Source of the DNA: Pseudomonas phage PMG1
Strand: one strand, 5' to 3'
Sequence record: NC_016765.1
Length of the DNA: 54,024 bases
This document shows positions 9,193 through 18,679 of the stretch, in pieces. The notes below the pieces were generated by a model. That model saw only the letters and a list, made by a program, of their open reading frames with translations. It ran no database searches and had not been told where the DNA came from. A program made the translations under genes and the position numbers. How positions within the stretch are numbered: position 1 is the stretch's first letter; each line of letters opens with the position of its first letter.

Positions 9193-9679
9193 TACCGTTG
9201 AGTTCAGCATCACCGGTCTAGATTCACTGCTTGGCAAACTGGACTCGGTTACGGATGACGTGAAGCGGAGGGGCGGACGAGCCGCGTTACGTAAGGCCGC
9301 AATGATCGTGGTTCAGGCAGCGAAGCAGGGTGCGGAGAAAGTCGACGACCCAGGAACCGGCAGGAGCATTTCCGACAATATCGCGTTGCGCTGGAACGGT
9401 CGTCTGTTCAAACGCACGGGCGACTTAGGGTTCAGAATTGGCGTTCTGCATGGTGCCGTTCTTCCCAAGAAAGGGGAGCGCTCGGACAAGACTGCGAATG
9501 CCCCGACGCCGCACTGGAGACTTCTTGAGTTCGGGACAGAAGACATGCGGGCTCAGCCTTTCATGCGAAGCGCTCTGGCAGACAACATCGCAGAAGTCAC
9601 AAGCACTTTCGTATCTGAATACGAGAAAGGCATCGATAGGGCCATCAAGCGCGCAGCCAAGAAGGCTGCTCAGGGGTGA
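9185..9679 (+). CDS. HK97 gp10-family tail component
   Basis: MADTVEFSITGLDSLLGKLD N-terminus typical of HK97 gp10-like proteins; SD GGAGAG. Confidence 0.65.
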   Translation: MADTVEFSITGLDSLLGKLDSVTDDVKRRGGRAALRKAAMIVVQAAKQGAEKVDDPGTGRSISDNIALRWNGRLFKRTGDLGFRIGVLHGAVLPKKGERSDKTANAPTPHWRLLEFGTEDMRAQPFMRSALADNIAEVTSTFVSEYEKGIDRAIKRAAKKAAQG

Positions 9680-9681
9680 GT

Positions 9682-10047
9682 ATGTACCCGCCAATCTTTA
9701 AGGTCTGTTCAAGTAGCCCCGCTGTTACCGCGATCCTTGGCGCGTCCCCGCTGAGGATGTACCAGTTTGGCCTGGCCCCCCAACTCGTCGTCAAACCGTA
9801 TGCAACATGGCAGACCATATCGGGGTCGCCGGAGAACTACCTGTGGGGCCGCCCTGACGCCGATGGTTTCACCATCCAGGTGGACATTTTCTCAGCCACC
9901 GCTGCGGAGGCCAGAGATGCAGCAAAGGCCATCAGGGACGCAATTGAGCTTTCAGCTTATGTAGTCCGCTGGGGAGGGGAGTCTGTTGACCCTGATACCA
10001 AGACCTACCGAGTCAGCTTTGACGTCGACTGGATAGTCCAGCGATAG
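9682..10047 (+). CDS. tail completion/terminator-like protein (DUF3168-like)
   Basis: 122 aa immediately upstream of major tail gene; DUF3168-like pattern (MYPPIF...). Confidence 0.5.
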   Translation: MYPPIFKVCSSSPAVTAILGASPLRMYQFGLAPQLVVKPYATWQTISGSPENYLWGRPDADGFTIQVDIFSATAAEARDAAKAIRDAIELSAYVVRWGGESVDPDTKTYRVSFDVDWIVQR

Positions 10048-10064
10048 ACCAACCAATACCGACC

Positions 10065-10089
10065 AACCCGCCTTGAGCGGGTTTTTGCT
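10065..10089 (+). terminator. rho-independent terminator/attenuator before major tail gene
   Basis: AACCCGC-cttga-GCGGGTT followed by TTTTGCTT. Confidence 0.5.
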
Positions 10090-10117
10090 TCAAGAAGCCC
10101 GCCACAGGAGAAACACA

Positions 10118-10639
10118 ATGGCAATTTTGGCTCAAGGAACCCAGATCTATGCCCTGGTTCCGTCCAGAGATTCTAGCGGCAGCCCGACTGGTGATTACGA
10201 AGTCATGGAGGTCGAGTGCGCTACCGCGTTCAACCCCGGTGGCAACCCTGCCGACCAGATCGAAACCACATGCCTTAGCGAAACTGTTCGGCGCTACCTG
10301 CGCGGCCTGCGCACGCCGGGACAGGCGTCGCTGACCCTCAACGCTGACCCGCGCAACAGTTCCCATATCCGCCTCTACCAACTGTCCGAGTCCGACGACC
10401 AGATCGATCAGGACATCGCTTTCGCGGTTGGCTGGTCTGACGGTATTGGCGTTGCACCAACCGAGGCACAGGACAGCAACGGTGATTGGGATTTCGTTCT
10501 TCCGCCGACGCGCACCTGGTTCGTCTTCCGCGGCTATGTGAGCGACTTCCCGTTCGATTTTGCAGCCAACGCTGTGGTGACCTCTACCGCAACCATTCAG
10601 CGCTCCGGCGGTTCCGCCTGGATTCGCAAATCCGCTTAA
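10118..10639 (+). CDS. major tail protein
   Basis: 173 aa, SD CAGGAG, ATG 10118; position between tail completion genes and G/GT chaperones. Confidence 0.6.
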   Translation: MAILAQGTQIYALVPSRDSSGSPTGDYEVMEVECATAFNPGGNPADQIETTCLSETVRRYLRGLRTPGQASLTLNADPRNSSHIRLYQLSESDDQIDQDIAFAVGWSDGIGVAPTEAQDSNGDWDFVLPPTRTWFVFRGYVSDFPFDFAANAVVTSTATIQRSGGSAWIRKSA

Positions 10640-10648
10640 GGAGTGGTC

Positions 10649-11008
10649 ATGCATCTGTCGATTGATTCGCTTAAAGAAGCTGGCGCCTTCACTGGGGCTC
10701 CTATCGAGAAAGAGATCACCTGGAAACAGGGCGATAAGGAACTGACTGCAACCGTGTACGTCCGGCCCTTGTCGTACAGCACAGCTGTTTCTGACCTTCT
10801 GGCCATGAATGGCAAGGTGGATGGCGTAGCGGGTCGGATAGCCGCGTCAATCGTGGATGAAGAGGGTAAGCCGGTATTCACGCCGGCAGATATCACCGGC
10901 GAGGCCGATCCCGGTCGCGGCGCGCTGGATGGAAACCTGACCATCGCCCTGCTCACCGTGATCGCCGAGGTGAACAACCTGGGAAAGACGACCAGCTCAG
11001 CGAACTAG
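10649..11008 (+). CDS. tail assembly chaperone (gpG-like)
   Basis: 119 aa; SD AAGGAG; precedes tape measure; contains slippery heptamer near 3' end. Confidence 0.6.
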   Translation: MHLSIDSLKEAGAFTGAPIEKEITWKQGDKELTATVYVRPLSYSTAVSDLLAMNGKVDGVAGRIAASIVDEEGKPVFTPADITGEADPGRGALDGNLTIALLTVIAEVNNLGKTTSSAN

Positions 11009-11286
11009 ATGAGGTGTGGCATGAGCTGGTGATGTGCGGGATTGGCGGCAGAACCATCGCAGAAGCCAAGTCGCGTCTCACCTACCGGGAGTTCCTGAGC
11101 TGGTGCAAGTTCCGGAGCAAGCGCGGGAGTCTCCATATCGGCATGAGGGTAGAGCGTGGATCGGCATTGCTCGCCGCGCTCTACGCCAATACGCACGGCA
11201 AGGAGTCGTACAAGTTGTACGACTTCATGCCGCATGAAGAAGAGCCCGTAATCAGTCTAGATCAGGCCCTCGAGACCTGGGCCTAG
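10649..11286 (+). CDS. tail assembly chaperone G-T fusion (via -1 frameshift at 10987); T part is DUF1799-like
   Basis: -1 frame ORF 11014..11286 (ELVMCGIGGRTIAEAKSRLTYREFLSWCKFRSKRGSL) matches DUF1799 TAC proteins; fusion geometry identical to lambda G/GT. Confidence 0.55.
10981..10987 (+). promoter_or_regulatory. -1 programmed ribosomal frameshift slippery site G GGA AAG
   Basis: GGGAAAG read as G-GGA-AAG in the G frame, 7 codons before the G stop; the -1 frame stays open to 11286. Confidence 0.6.
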
Positions 11287-11297
11287 TCCTTCGTTTT

Positions 11298-11320
11298 GCC
11301 CGGATCATTCCGGGCTTTTT
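11298..11320 (+). terminator. terminator-like hairpin between chaperone and tape measure
   Basis: GCCCGG-atcatt-CCGGGC followed by TTTTT. Confidence 0.4.
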
Positions 11321-11335
11321 CATTGGAGCCCGGTA

Positions 11336-13840
11336 ATGGCATCACGCAGCCTAGGGACGCTTACGCTTGATCTCATCGCCAAGGTTGGCGGCTTCGTGGC
11401 CGGCATGGATGCCGCCGAGCGCCGGTCGGAAAAGTGGCGCAAAGAGGTCGAGAAAAATGCGGCAAAGGTGGGGGCTGCGATTGGCGCTGCCACTGCGGCA
11501 GGCATCACCGCGCTTGCCGCTCTCACTGTCTCTACCGTCCGCAATGCCAATGAAATCGCAAACCTTGCTAGCGTTGCCAATGCGAGCACGACCGAGTTTC
11601 AGAAGTATGCGGCTGGCGCAAAGCTGGTTGGCATTGAGCAAGAGAAGCTTGCTGACATCTTCAAGGACGTTAACGACAAGGTAGGCGACTTCCTCAATAC
11701 CGGCGGTGGCGCGCTTGCCGATTTCTTCGAGAACGTAGCGCCTAAAGTTGGCGTGACCGCAGACCAGTTCCGGAATCTGAGCGGCCCCCAGGCCCTTGGC
11801 TTGTACGTCTCGAGCCTGGAAAAGGCCAAGGTCAGCCAGTCGGACATGACCTTCTATCTTGAGGCTATTGCGAGCGATGCGACTGCGCTGCTCCCGCTGC
11901 TTCGCAATAACGCTGAAGGATTCAAGACCTTTGGTGACGCCGCCCAGGCCGCTGGCGCGATTCTCGACGAGAAGACGATTAAGTCGGCTAGCGAACTTCA
12001 GGCGGCCACTTGGCTTGTAGAGCAGAGCACCACGGGACTCAAGAACCAACTTACGTCTGCGCTGATTCCCGTGCTGAGCGACTTCGCCACGAAGCTACTC
12101 GATGTTTCAAAGGATGGGACATCGATGGTCGCCGTTGGGGAGTTTCTTGTCACCACGCTGAAGCTCGTTGCCGGAGCGGCGGTAGCCACTGTTGGAGCCT
12201 TCCAGCTTGTAGGCAAGTCGATTGCCGGTGCTGCGGCAGTAGCCTCTTCTGCGTTTGAGGGGATTACATGGCTTGAGATCGCCTCCGGGCCGGCTGGGTG
12301 GGCAAAGAGATTCGTTCAGAATCTGGACGGAGTGAAAGCAAGCACTTCGGTTTTCGCCGAAGACATGGTCGGCTCCGGCAAGAAGATCGTCGAAGTTCTG
12401 GAGTTCATTGGTAACGCCGGCACTGGTGACGTTAATGGCCGAGTGAAAGAGCTAGCCAAGCTCCTCGATGAGCTTAGGAAAAAGAACAAGACCGGGACGT
12501 TCGAGGCGCCGGGGAAAGAAGCCCAAGCTGCTGCTAAGAAGCTGCAAAGCGCCTACGAAACGGTTGAGCAGTCGTATCAGCGGCAGATAGCGCTGATCAA
12601 CACGGAAGTCGACAAGCGCAAGGATGCCACCGAGGTGGCAAAGCTTCAGTTCGAAATCGAGTCGGGCAAGCTGGTTGGAATCAATGCCGAGCAGCAGAAA
12701 CGCCTGAATGGCTTGGCAGAAGAGCTTGACCGCCTGAAGCAACTGAAGCAGGCGAACGAGGATGCAGCGAAGGCTCAGGCCTTCCGTGCAACGCTCAATG
12801 AATCGAACGCAACTGCTCGGGCAGGATTTGCGATTGATCTGGCCGGATCGGGCAGCGGCGACAAGCTGAGGGAGCGACTGCGCGCAGACCTGGAGATCCA
12901 GCAGGATTACAACAAACAGCTTGCCGATCTACAGAAGCAGTTCAACAGCGCAGAAATCAGCAAGGAACTCTACGACCAAGAAACTGACCTTCTGCGCCAG
13001 GCTCTCGCTGAGCGTCTGGAAATCCAGCATGAGTACTACGCGGCTCAGGATGAGGCTCAGAGCAACTGGCTGGATGGCGTCACGTCTGCCTGGGAGAACT
13101 ACCGCGACACGGCCACGGATTATCAACAGCAGGCTGCCGATTTCACCACGCAGACGCTGGACGGTCTCACTTCCGCTGTAGGGGACGGCATTGCGTCGAT
13201 GATCATGGACGGCGAGAGTCTTGCCGACGTTTTCAAGAACATTGCGCAGACGATGGCCACAAGCATCATCAACGCGCTTGCGCAGATGGCCGCCCAATGG
13301 CTGGTCTATCAGGCGGTGCAACTGGTGAGCGGGAAAGCTGCCCAGGCTAGTGCCGCCTCTACTCTCATCGCGAACGCACAAGCAACTGCCTTCCAGGCCC
13401 AGCTGGCGGCATTTGCGAGCACCGCTGCAATCCCAATCGTAGGCCCGCTGTTGGCCCCGGCGGCGGCTGCTTCGGCTGCCGGCATCACCGCTCCAATGGT
13501 TGCCGGAGTTGCTGCGTCCGCCCTTGCTGGCATGGCTCACGATGGGATTGATGCTGTTCCGGAGACCGGCACCTGGTTACTCCAGAAGGGCGAGAGGGTG
13601 ACGACGGCAGAGACGAGCGCAAAGCTCGACAGGACGCTTGATGACGTTCGGTCAAACCAGGGACAGAGCGGGAATACCACCGTCAACATCGTGGAGAACA
13701 AAGCCCGTGCAGGCCAGGTGGAGCGCCGGAGAGATGGGCGACAAGAGTTCCTGGAAGTGTTCGTGGCTGACATCAATGGCGACGGCCCGGCATCACGGGC
13801 GATTGCCCAGGCATTCGGAATTCGCAGGAGCGGGACATGA
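11336..13840 (+). CDS. tail tape measure protein
   Basis: 834 aa, Ala/Gly-rich coiled-coil with hydrophobic C-terminal segments; follows G/GT. Confidence 0.85.
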   Translation: MASRSLGTLTLDLIAKVGGFVAGMDAAERRSEKWRKEVEKNAAKVGAAIGAATAAGITALAALTVSTVRNANEIANLASVANASTTEFQKYAAGAKLVGIEQEKLADIFKDVNDKVGDFLNTGGGALADFFENVAPKVGVTADQFRNLSGPQALGLYVSSLEKAKVSQSDMTFYLEAIASDATALLPLLRNNAEGFKTFGDAAQAAGAILDEKTIKSASELQAATWLVEQSTTGLKNQLTSALIPVLSDFATKLLDVSKDGTSMVAVGEFLVTTLKLVAGAAVATVGAFQLVGKSIAGAAAVASSAFEGITWLEIASGPAGWAKRFVQNLDGVKASTSVFAEDMVGSGKKIVEVLEFIGNAGTGDVNGRVKELAKLLDELRKKNKTGTFEAPGKEAQAAAKKLQSAYETVEQSYQRQIALINTEVDKRKDATEVAKLQFEIESGKLVGINAEQQKRLNGLAEELDRLKQLKQANEDAAKAQAFRATLNESNATARAGFAIDLAGSGSGDKLRERLRADLEIQQDYNKQLADLQKQFNSAEISKELYDQETDLLRQALAERLEIQHEYYAAQDEAQSNWLDGVTSAWENYRDTATDYQQQAADFTTQTLDGLTSAVGDGIASMIMDGESLADVFKNIAQTMATSIINALAQMAAQWLVYQAVQLVSGKAAQASAASTLIANAQATAFQAQLAAFASTAAIPIVGPLLAPAAAASAAGITAPMVAGVAASALAGMAHDGIDAVPETGTWLLQKGERVTTAETSAKLDRTLDDVRSNQGQSGNTTVNIVENKARAGQVERRRDGRQEFLEVFVADINGDGPASRAIAQAFGIRRSGT

Positions 13841-14316
13841 AGCAGTACCCAAATATCTGCCCGCCTCAGCGGGAGGGCTATGGGCTTACTCCTGTTAGTC
13901 CTCTGACCCGCACAGAGATGCAAACAGGCAGGGCGAGGCAGCGGCGCCACTTCACCGCTACTCCAACGATGGCAAGTGTCAGGTGGAGGCTCAACGACAG
14001 TGAGGCAATGCTGTTTGAGGCATGGTTTCGTGATGTTCTAGTAGATGGTTACCACTGGTTCGAATGCCCGCTAAAGACGCCGGAGACTCCTGATGGTTTG
14101 CGTGCGTATGCCGCCAGATTCACCGACATCTATGACGGTCCAAAGCTGGTCAGCGGCAGTATCTCGCTCTGGGATTTCACCGCCACACTGGAACTTCGTG
14201 AGCGACCCATCATCGATCCTGGGTGGGCCGAGATTCTGCCCGAGTACATTCTCCTCGCTGACATCTTCGACATCGCGATGAACAGGGAGTGGCCTCGACA
14301 TGGCGACGGCTCTTGA
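13837..14316 (+). CDS. minor tail protein (distal tail, post-TMP)
   Basis: ATGA overlap with TMP stop; conserved position. Confidence 0.5.
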   Translation: MKQYPNICPPQREGYGLTPVSPLTRTEMQTGRARQRRHFTATPTMASVRWRLNDSEAMLFEAWFRDVLVDGYHWFECPLKTPETPDGLRAYAARFTDIYDGPKLVSGSISLWDFTATLELRERPIIDPGWAEILPEYILLADIFDIAMNREWPRHGDGS

Positions 14317-14791
14317 ACGGTTCTATGCATCGGATGGGCCGGATCTTCCGATTGCAACGATCGAGATTACTCGGCCCTCCAGGCCCGATCCGATCCTCAT
14401 CTGTCAGGGGTTCAAAGACCTGACCTGCATGACAGAAGACGGACGGCTACTGACATTCATCGCTGGCGCTATCGACGTTTCGATCCCGAAGCGCGACAAC
14501 AGCGGGAACCAGAACGTTGGCTTTGCGATCGATAACGTGACTGGCTTTGCTCAGCAGTATATTGCCGAGGCCATCGACGCCGGAGAGCCGGTCACGCTTG
14601 TCCTGCGAATCTACCTCGAAAGCGATCTGACTGCGCCGGCAGAGCGCCCGTATCGGATGCGCGTGAAGGGGGCTGACTTCGAAAGTCTCACTGTCCAGGT
14701 GGAGGCCGGCTACTACGACCTCATCAATACCGCCGCGCTGCGGCACATCTACAACGTGTCGGAATTCCCTGGCCTGAAGTACTGGCCGTAG
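14300..14791 (+). CDS. minor tail protein
   Basis: 163 aa overlapping previous gene; conserved position in phiE125/GTA-like tail tip modules. Confidence 0.5.
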   Translation: MATALERFYASDGPDLPIATIEITRPSRPDPILICQGFKDLTCMTEDGRLLTFIAGAIDVSIPKRDNSGNQNVGFAIDNVTGFAQQYIAEAIDAGEPVTLVLRIYLESDLTAPAERPYRMRVKGADFESLTVQVEAGYYDLINTAALRHIYNVSEFPGLKYWP

Positions 14792-14880
14792 TAGGATGCT
14801 GGTGTGGCTAGGGTCGCTCCCGAAAGCGCGTAACGCCTGCGCGTTGCCACATCTCAAAGGCGATAGCGCAAGGTGACGTT

Positions 14881-15252
14881 ATGCAGAGTTCGAACATTCC
14901 AAGGGAAGGATTCTATTGGCGCCAAAACAGGTCAACTGACAGGTGGGAGGTCGTGGAGTTTGACGGGGAGTCTTTCTGTCAGAGCCACGCGGGCGGTGGC
15001 GGGAATATTTTCTCGCCAGATGAGGTTGGCCAGGTCCTTGGGCCGCTGCACCCTCCTGCTGGATTAGCGGATGGATGCGCAAGGCAGGGTATGTTGAAGA
15101 TTTCGATTGCTATCGACTACGGTGACGGTACAGGACGCGTAATTGAAGAAACCTGGATTCCTGATATTCCAGCTTCTGAGGCGTTGTCATCTGCCGCAGC
15201 ATCAATCGTGGAGCGAGGAATCCAACGGTTTATTGATAGCGGGTTGGCTTGA
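14881..15252 (+). CDS. hypothetical protein (low-GC tail moron gene 1)
   Basis: SD AAGGTGA then ATG; ~50% GC versus ~62% flanks; no recognisable domain. Confidence 0.5.
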   Translation: MQSSNIPREGFYWRQNRSTDRWEVVEFDGESFCQSHAGGGGNIFSPDEVGQVLGPLHPPAGLADGCARQGMLKISIAIDYGDGTGRVIEETWIPDIPASEALSSAAASIVERGIQRFIDSGLA

Positions 15253-15262
15253 GGAACTGACA

Positions 15263-15457
15263 ATGCAGAAAGAGCCTTTTTCTGATTCTTCTCAATATGA
15301 TTACATTTCACAAATTCTGCATGGCATATCCCGCCAGAAAGCACTCGACATGAAGTATGTCCTGACGACGCTTCAAGCGCGTCTTCGCGAGAATCGGCCA
15401 ATCGATAACAGTGAAAGGCTGCTCCTTCTCAACTTGGTAAACGCCTCTTTGGTCTAA
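15263..15457 (+). CDS. hypothetical small helical protein (tail moron gene 2)
   Basis: SD GAGGA 7 nt upstream of ATG; 64 aa; followed by strong terminator. Confidence 0.45.
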   Translation: MQKEPFSDSSQYDYISQILHGISRQKALDMKYVLTTLQARLRENRPIDNSERLLLLNLVNASLV

Positions 15458-15472
15458 GTCGGCCACTCCAAG

Positions 15473-15497
15473 AAACCCGCTTCGGCGGGTTTTTTAT
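15473..15497 (+). terminator. rho-independent terminator ending the tail moron
   Basis: AAACCCGC-ttcg-GCGGGTTTTTTATT. Confidence 0.65.
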
Positions 15498-15511
15498 TGC
15501 CTGGAATTCCC

Positions 15512-15919
15512 ATGCCGAACAGATACCTCACCGCCATCTATACCGAGGGCGGGCGGGCCCTGCCGTGCATTGACTGCTGGGGCCTGACGCTCATAGCGCG
15601 GGTTGAGCTGTTCGGACTGCCGATGCTGAGCAACTTCGGCGGTGTGACTCGACTCACCCCAGTTTCGATGCAGCGGGCGTGCGATACGGAGATCCAGCGC
15701 GCGCTTGAGCAGTGCGAGCCAGGGCCTGGGGTCATCGCTGCGGCCTACAGAGGGCGGCTGCTCGATCACGTAGGCCTGCTGGTCGAGGTAGATGGACGCC
15801 TGCGGGTTCTCGAAATCAATCCGGGGAGCGGGGTGTCGCTCACCCCGCTACAGAAGTTCTCCGACAAATATTCCAAGGTGGTCTTCTACCGTGATCGAAA
15901 TCTACCCATCGCTCCTTGA
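15512..15919 (+). CDS. phage cell-wall peptidase, NlpC/P60 family (gpK C-terminal-like)
   Basis: LPCIDCWGLTL (catalytic Cys) and LLDHVGLLVEV (His) motifs; ~135 aa as in TIGR02219-type tail proteins. Confidence 0.6.
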   Translation: MPNRYLTAIYTEGGRALPCIDCWGLTLIARVELFGLPMLSNFGGVTRLTPVSMQRACDTEIQRALEQCEPGPGVIAAAYRGRLLDHVGLLVEVDGRLRVLEINPGSGVSLTPLQKFSDKYSKVVFYRDRNLPIAP

Positions 15920-18620
15920 CGGAGAACCGCTGGAGCGGCATCCGATCGGCCGCAGGATGACGATCCATGCGTGGCTGACTGCGAACTCTCCGGGATACTG
16001 CTGCCACGACGTTCACCCGTTCTCCATCGGAGTCGTCCCCGCCGAGGTTGCGCTCTGCGGTGACCTGACCGACAAGCAGAAAAAGACCCATGAGGAGTTC
16101 ATCCATCCCGGTGAGTGGGCCGAGCGCATCATCGACCGCGGCGACATTGTGAGGATCTACAAGCTCCCGCGCGGGACCGATCCGTTCACGATCACGGCAG
16201 CGCTGTTCAAAGGTGCGCAGTCCGTTTTTCGGATGCTCATGCCTCAATTGCCTGGCATGCCAACGAACCCTGGGCAAGGCGCGTCGCTGTCTGAAACCAG
16301 TGCGCGTGGAAACAAGGTCAAGCTCGGCGATGCGATCCGCGAAGTCGCTGGCCGTCGTCTGATTTATCCCGACTACATCCTGCCGCCCCGGAAGTATTTC
16401 GCCGGTCCGCGTGAGCAGTGGACCGAAATGCTGTTGTGCATTGGGCGTGGTCGATTCCAGATCGCCGAAGGTGCTGCGAAAATCGGTGACACGTCGTTCC
16501 TGGCACTGGGCGCTGATGCCTCTTTCCAGATTTTCGAACCAGGGCAGAACGTCAGCGGGCACCCGGCATCGGTCTGGTGGCACCTGGTTGAGGAAGTTGG
16601 TGCGAGCTCAACTGGTAATGCCGGCCTGGACCTGACCGAGAGCTCCAATCTCACCCCGAACCCGTCGGCAACTACGTTCACGTTTTCCGGAACGAACATC
16701 ATCATTTCTGCCGGAGCCGGGTCGTTCCCCTCTGACTGGGTTGCGGGGACGATCCTGCGGGTTGAGGCGATGTACCCCTATTCGGTGAACGATGGCGGCG
16801 GGACGAATCGCGACGTCGTGACGGGGGATATCGCTCAGCTCGGGCTGGATGTTGGCGATGAGATCGAGGTGGTCGGCACCAACGGCGGCCTCTACCTGGT
16901 GAACGACATCACCTCAACGTCGATGACGCTCAACTACAGCAACGGTTCGCCGGCCAATGCGTTGCAGACCGGCTCCGGAAATGCAGCAATCGGCCCGCGT
17001 GGGCTGCGCTATCGGATCACGGCGTACAGCGCGCAGCAACTCACCGTCGAGCGGCTGACCAGTGCGGGTGGTGTCGATGTTGACTGGCCAGGATTCACCG
17101 CTCTCAACTCGTCTACGTCCCGAGTCACCATTGATCCGACCAGCCTAGAAGGGGGCTGGCGTGGTCCCTTCCCGGCGTGCCCTGTATCGGAGAAGACCAA
17201 CTTCGTCGAGATCGACGTATTTTGCCCGGAAGGGCTTTGCGGTGTAGGCAGGGAAGGGCAGATTTACCAGATCCGCACTTATTACGACATCCAGTGGCGA
17301 GACATGGCCATCGGCGGCGCATGGACGACGGTCAGCAAGAACCATGCTGGCAGTTCTCTCGACCAGCAGGGTTTTACGGACGGCATCCCGCTGCCGTACA
17401 TGATGCGGCCCGAGTTTCGCATCAGAAAAGTGTTCGTCAACCAGGGCGGCAACTCAACATCCGAGTACCGAGACCGCACCCAGTGGTACGGGATGCGCGC
17501 GCGCCTCCAGGCTCCGTCGTCCTACGCCGGCGTCACAACAATGGCCGTCAGGTATCGGTCGTCTGACCGTATCGCGGCGCAGACAGAAAGCCGCGTCTCG
17601 GTAGAGGCTACCCGCATGCTACCGACTCGGCAGAACGGTGCATGGACACCCGAGATAGCAACGCGAGACATCGTCCCATTCCTCTGCTACATCGCGAAGG
17701 AACGCGGCTACACCGATGCGGATCTCGATCTTGAGGAACTCGATCGGCTGGACGCAATCTGGAAGGCCCGCGGCGACACGTTCGACATGATCTACGAGGA
17801 CGGCAAGGTAACTGTCGCGCAGATCATGGATGACGTGCTTGCGGCCGGATATGCGGAGAAGACCATTAAGCGCGGCGTGATCTCTGCGGCCCGAGACGAG
17901 CCAAGGACCACATTCGGGCACATGTACTCGCCGCAGAACATGGATGGTCCACTGAGGATCAGCATCAGCGCGCCGTCTGAGGACGACTACGACGGCGTCG
18001 ATGTAGAGTTCGTCAATGCCAACGGCTGGATCGAAGATACCGTCCAGTGCCGCCTGCCCGGCGATGTTGGCAGGAAGGTCGAGAAGATCACGGCTGTCGG
18101 CGTGACAGACCGTAACAGGGCGTGGCGATACGGAATGCGCCGCCGGATGGCTCAGCGATACCGGAGAACTGAGTATTCGTTCGATACCGGCCTAGACGCG
18201 CTGAACAGCGAGTTCTGGGATTATGTGGCCCTTGCCGGCGATGTTCCCGGCCCTGGCCTGGCGCAGAGCGCATACCTGAAATCGTTCGTGACCTCGGGAA
18301 ACTCGGTCCTGATCGAGTCCAGCGAGCCGCTCGACTGGTCACTGCTGAACTCGCCAGCGCTCTACCTGCGGCGCCCAGACGGAACGGTTTCCGGTGGATA
18401 TCCGGCGTCGAGGATCGACGACTACCGGCTGAGCATTCCCAGCATCGATTTCGTCCCTGATGTTTCTTGGGAGATCGAACCTCCACACCTGCTGCTGGGA
18501 AACCCATACCCGGCCCTGATCAGTTCCATCGATCCCAGCGGCAATACCGCGGCGTCCGTTCGCGCGACGAACTACGACGAGCGCGTCTACACATACGACA
18601 ACGCCAGCGCCCCCAACTGA
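15891..18620 (+). CDS. tail tip / host specificity protein (gpJ-like)
   Basis: ~909 aa from GTG 15891 (SD AAGGTGG) or ATG 15957; central region resembles Phage-tail_3 (gpJ) domain organisation. Confidence 0.6.
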   Translation: MIEIYPSLLDGEPLERHPIGRRMTIHAWLTANSPGYCCHDVHPFSIGVVPAEVALCGDLTDKQKKTHEEFIHPGEWAERIIDRGDIVRIYKLPRGTDPFTITAALFKGAQSVFRMLMPQLPGMPTNPGQGASLSETSARGNKVKLGDAIREVAGRRLIYPDYILPPRKYFAGPREQWTEMLLCIGRGRFQIAEGAAKIGDTSFLALGADASFQIFEPGQNVSGHPASVWWHLVEEVGASSTGNAGLDLTESSNLTPNPSATTFTFSGTNIIISAGAGSFPSDWVAGTILRVEAMYPYSVNDGGGTNRDVVTGDIAQLGLDVGDEIEVVGTNGGLYLVNDITSTSMTLNYSNGSPANALQTGSGNAAIGPRGLRYRITAYSAQQLTVERLTSAGGVDVDWPGFTALNSSTSRVTIDPTSLEGGWRGPFPACPVSEKTNFVEIDVFCPEGLCGVGREGQIYQIRTYYDIQWRDMAIGGAWTTVSKNHAGSSLDQQGFTDGIPLPYMMRPEFRIRKVFVNQGGNSTSEYRDRTQWYGMRARLQAPSSYAGVTTMAVRYRSSDRIAAQTESRVSVEATRMLPTRQNGAWTPEIATRDIVPFLCYIAKERGYTDADLDLEELDRLDAIWKARGDTFDMIYEDGKVTVAQIMDDVLAAGYAEKTIKRGVISAARDEPRTTFGHMYSPQNMDGPLRISISAPSEDDYDGVDVEFVNANGWIEDTVQCRLPGDVGRKVEKITAVGVTDRNRAWRYGMRRRMAQRYRRTEYSFDTGLDALNSEFWDYVALAGDVPGPGLAQSAYLKSFVTSGNSVLIESSEPLDWSLLNSPALYLRRPDGTVSGGYPASRIDDYRLSIPSIDFVPDVSWEIEPPHLLLGNPYPALISSIDPSGNTAASVRATNYDERVYTYDNASAPN

Positions 18621-18679
18621 TCGCACACGCAAATCCAGATCCCGCCATAGAGCGGGCTTTCTTATGCTTGGAGAAAAGC

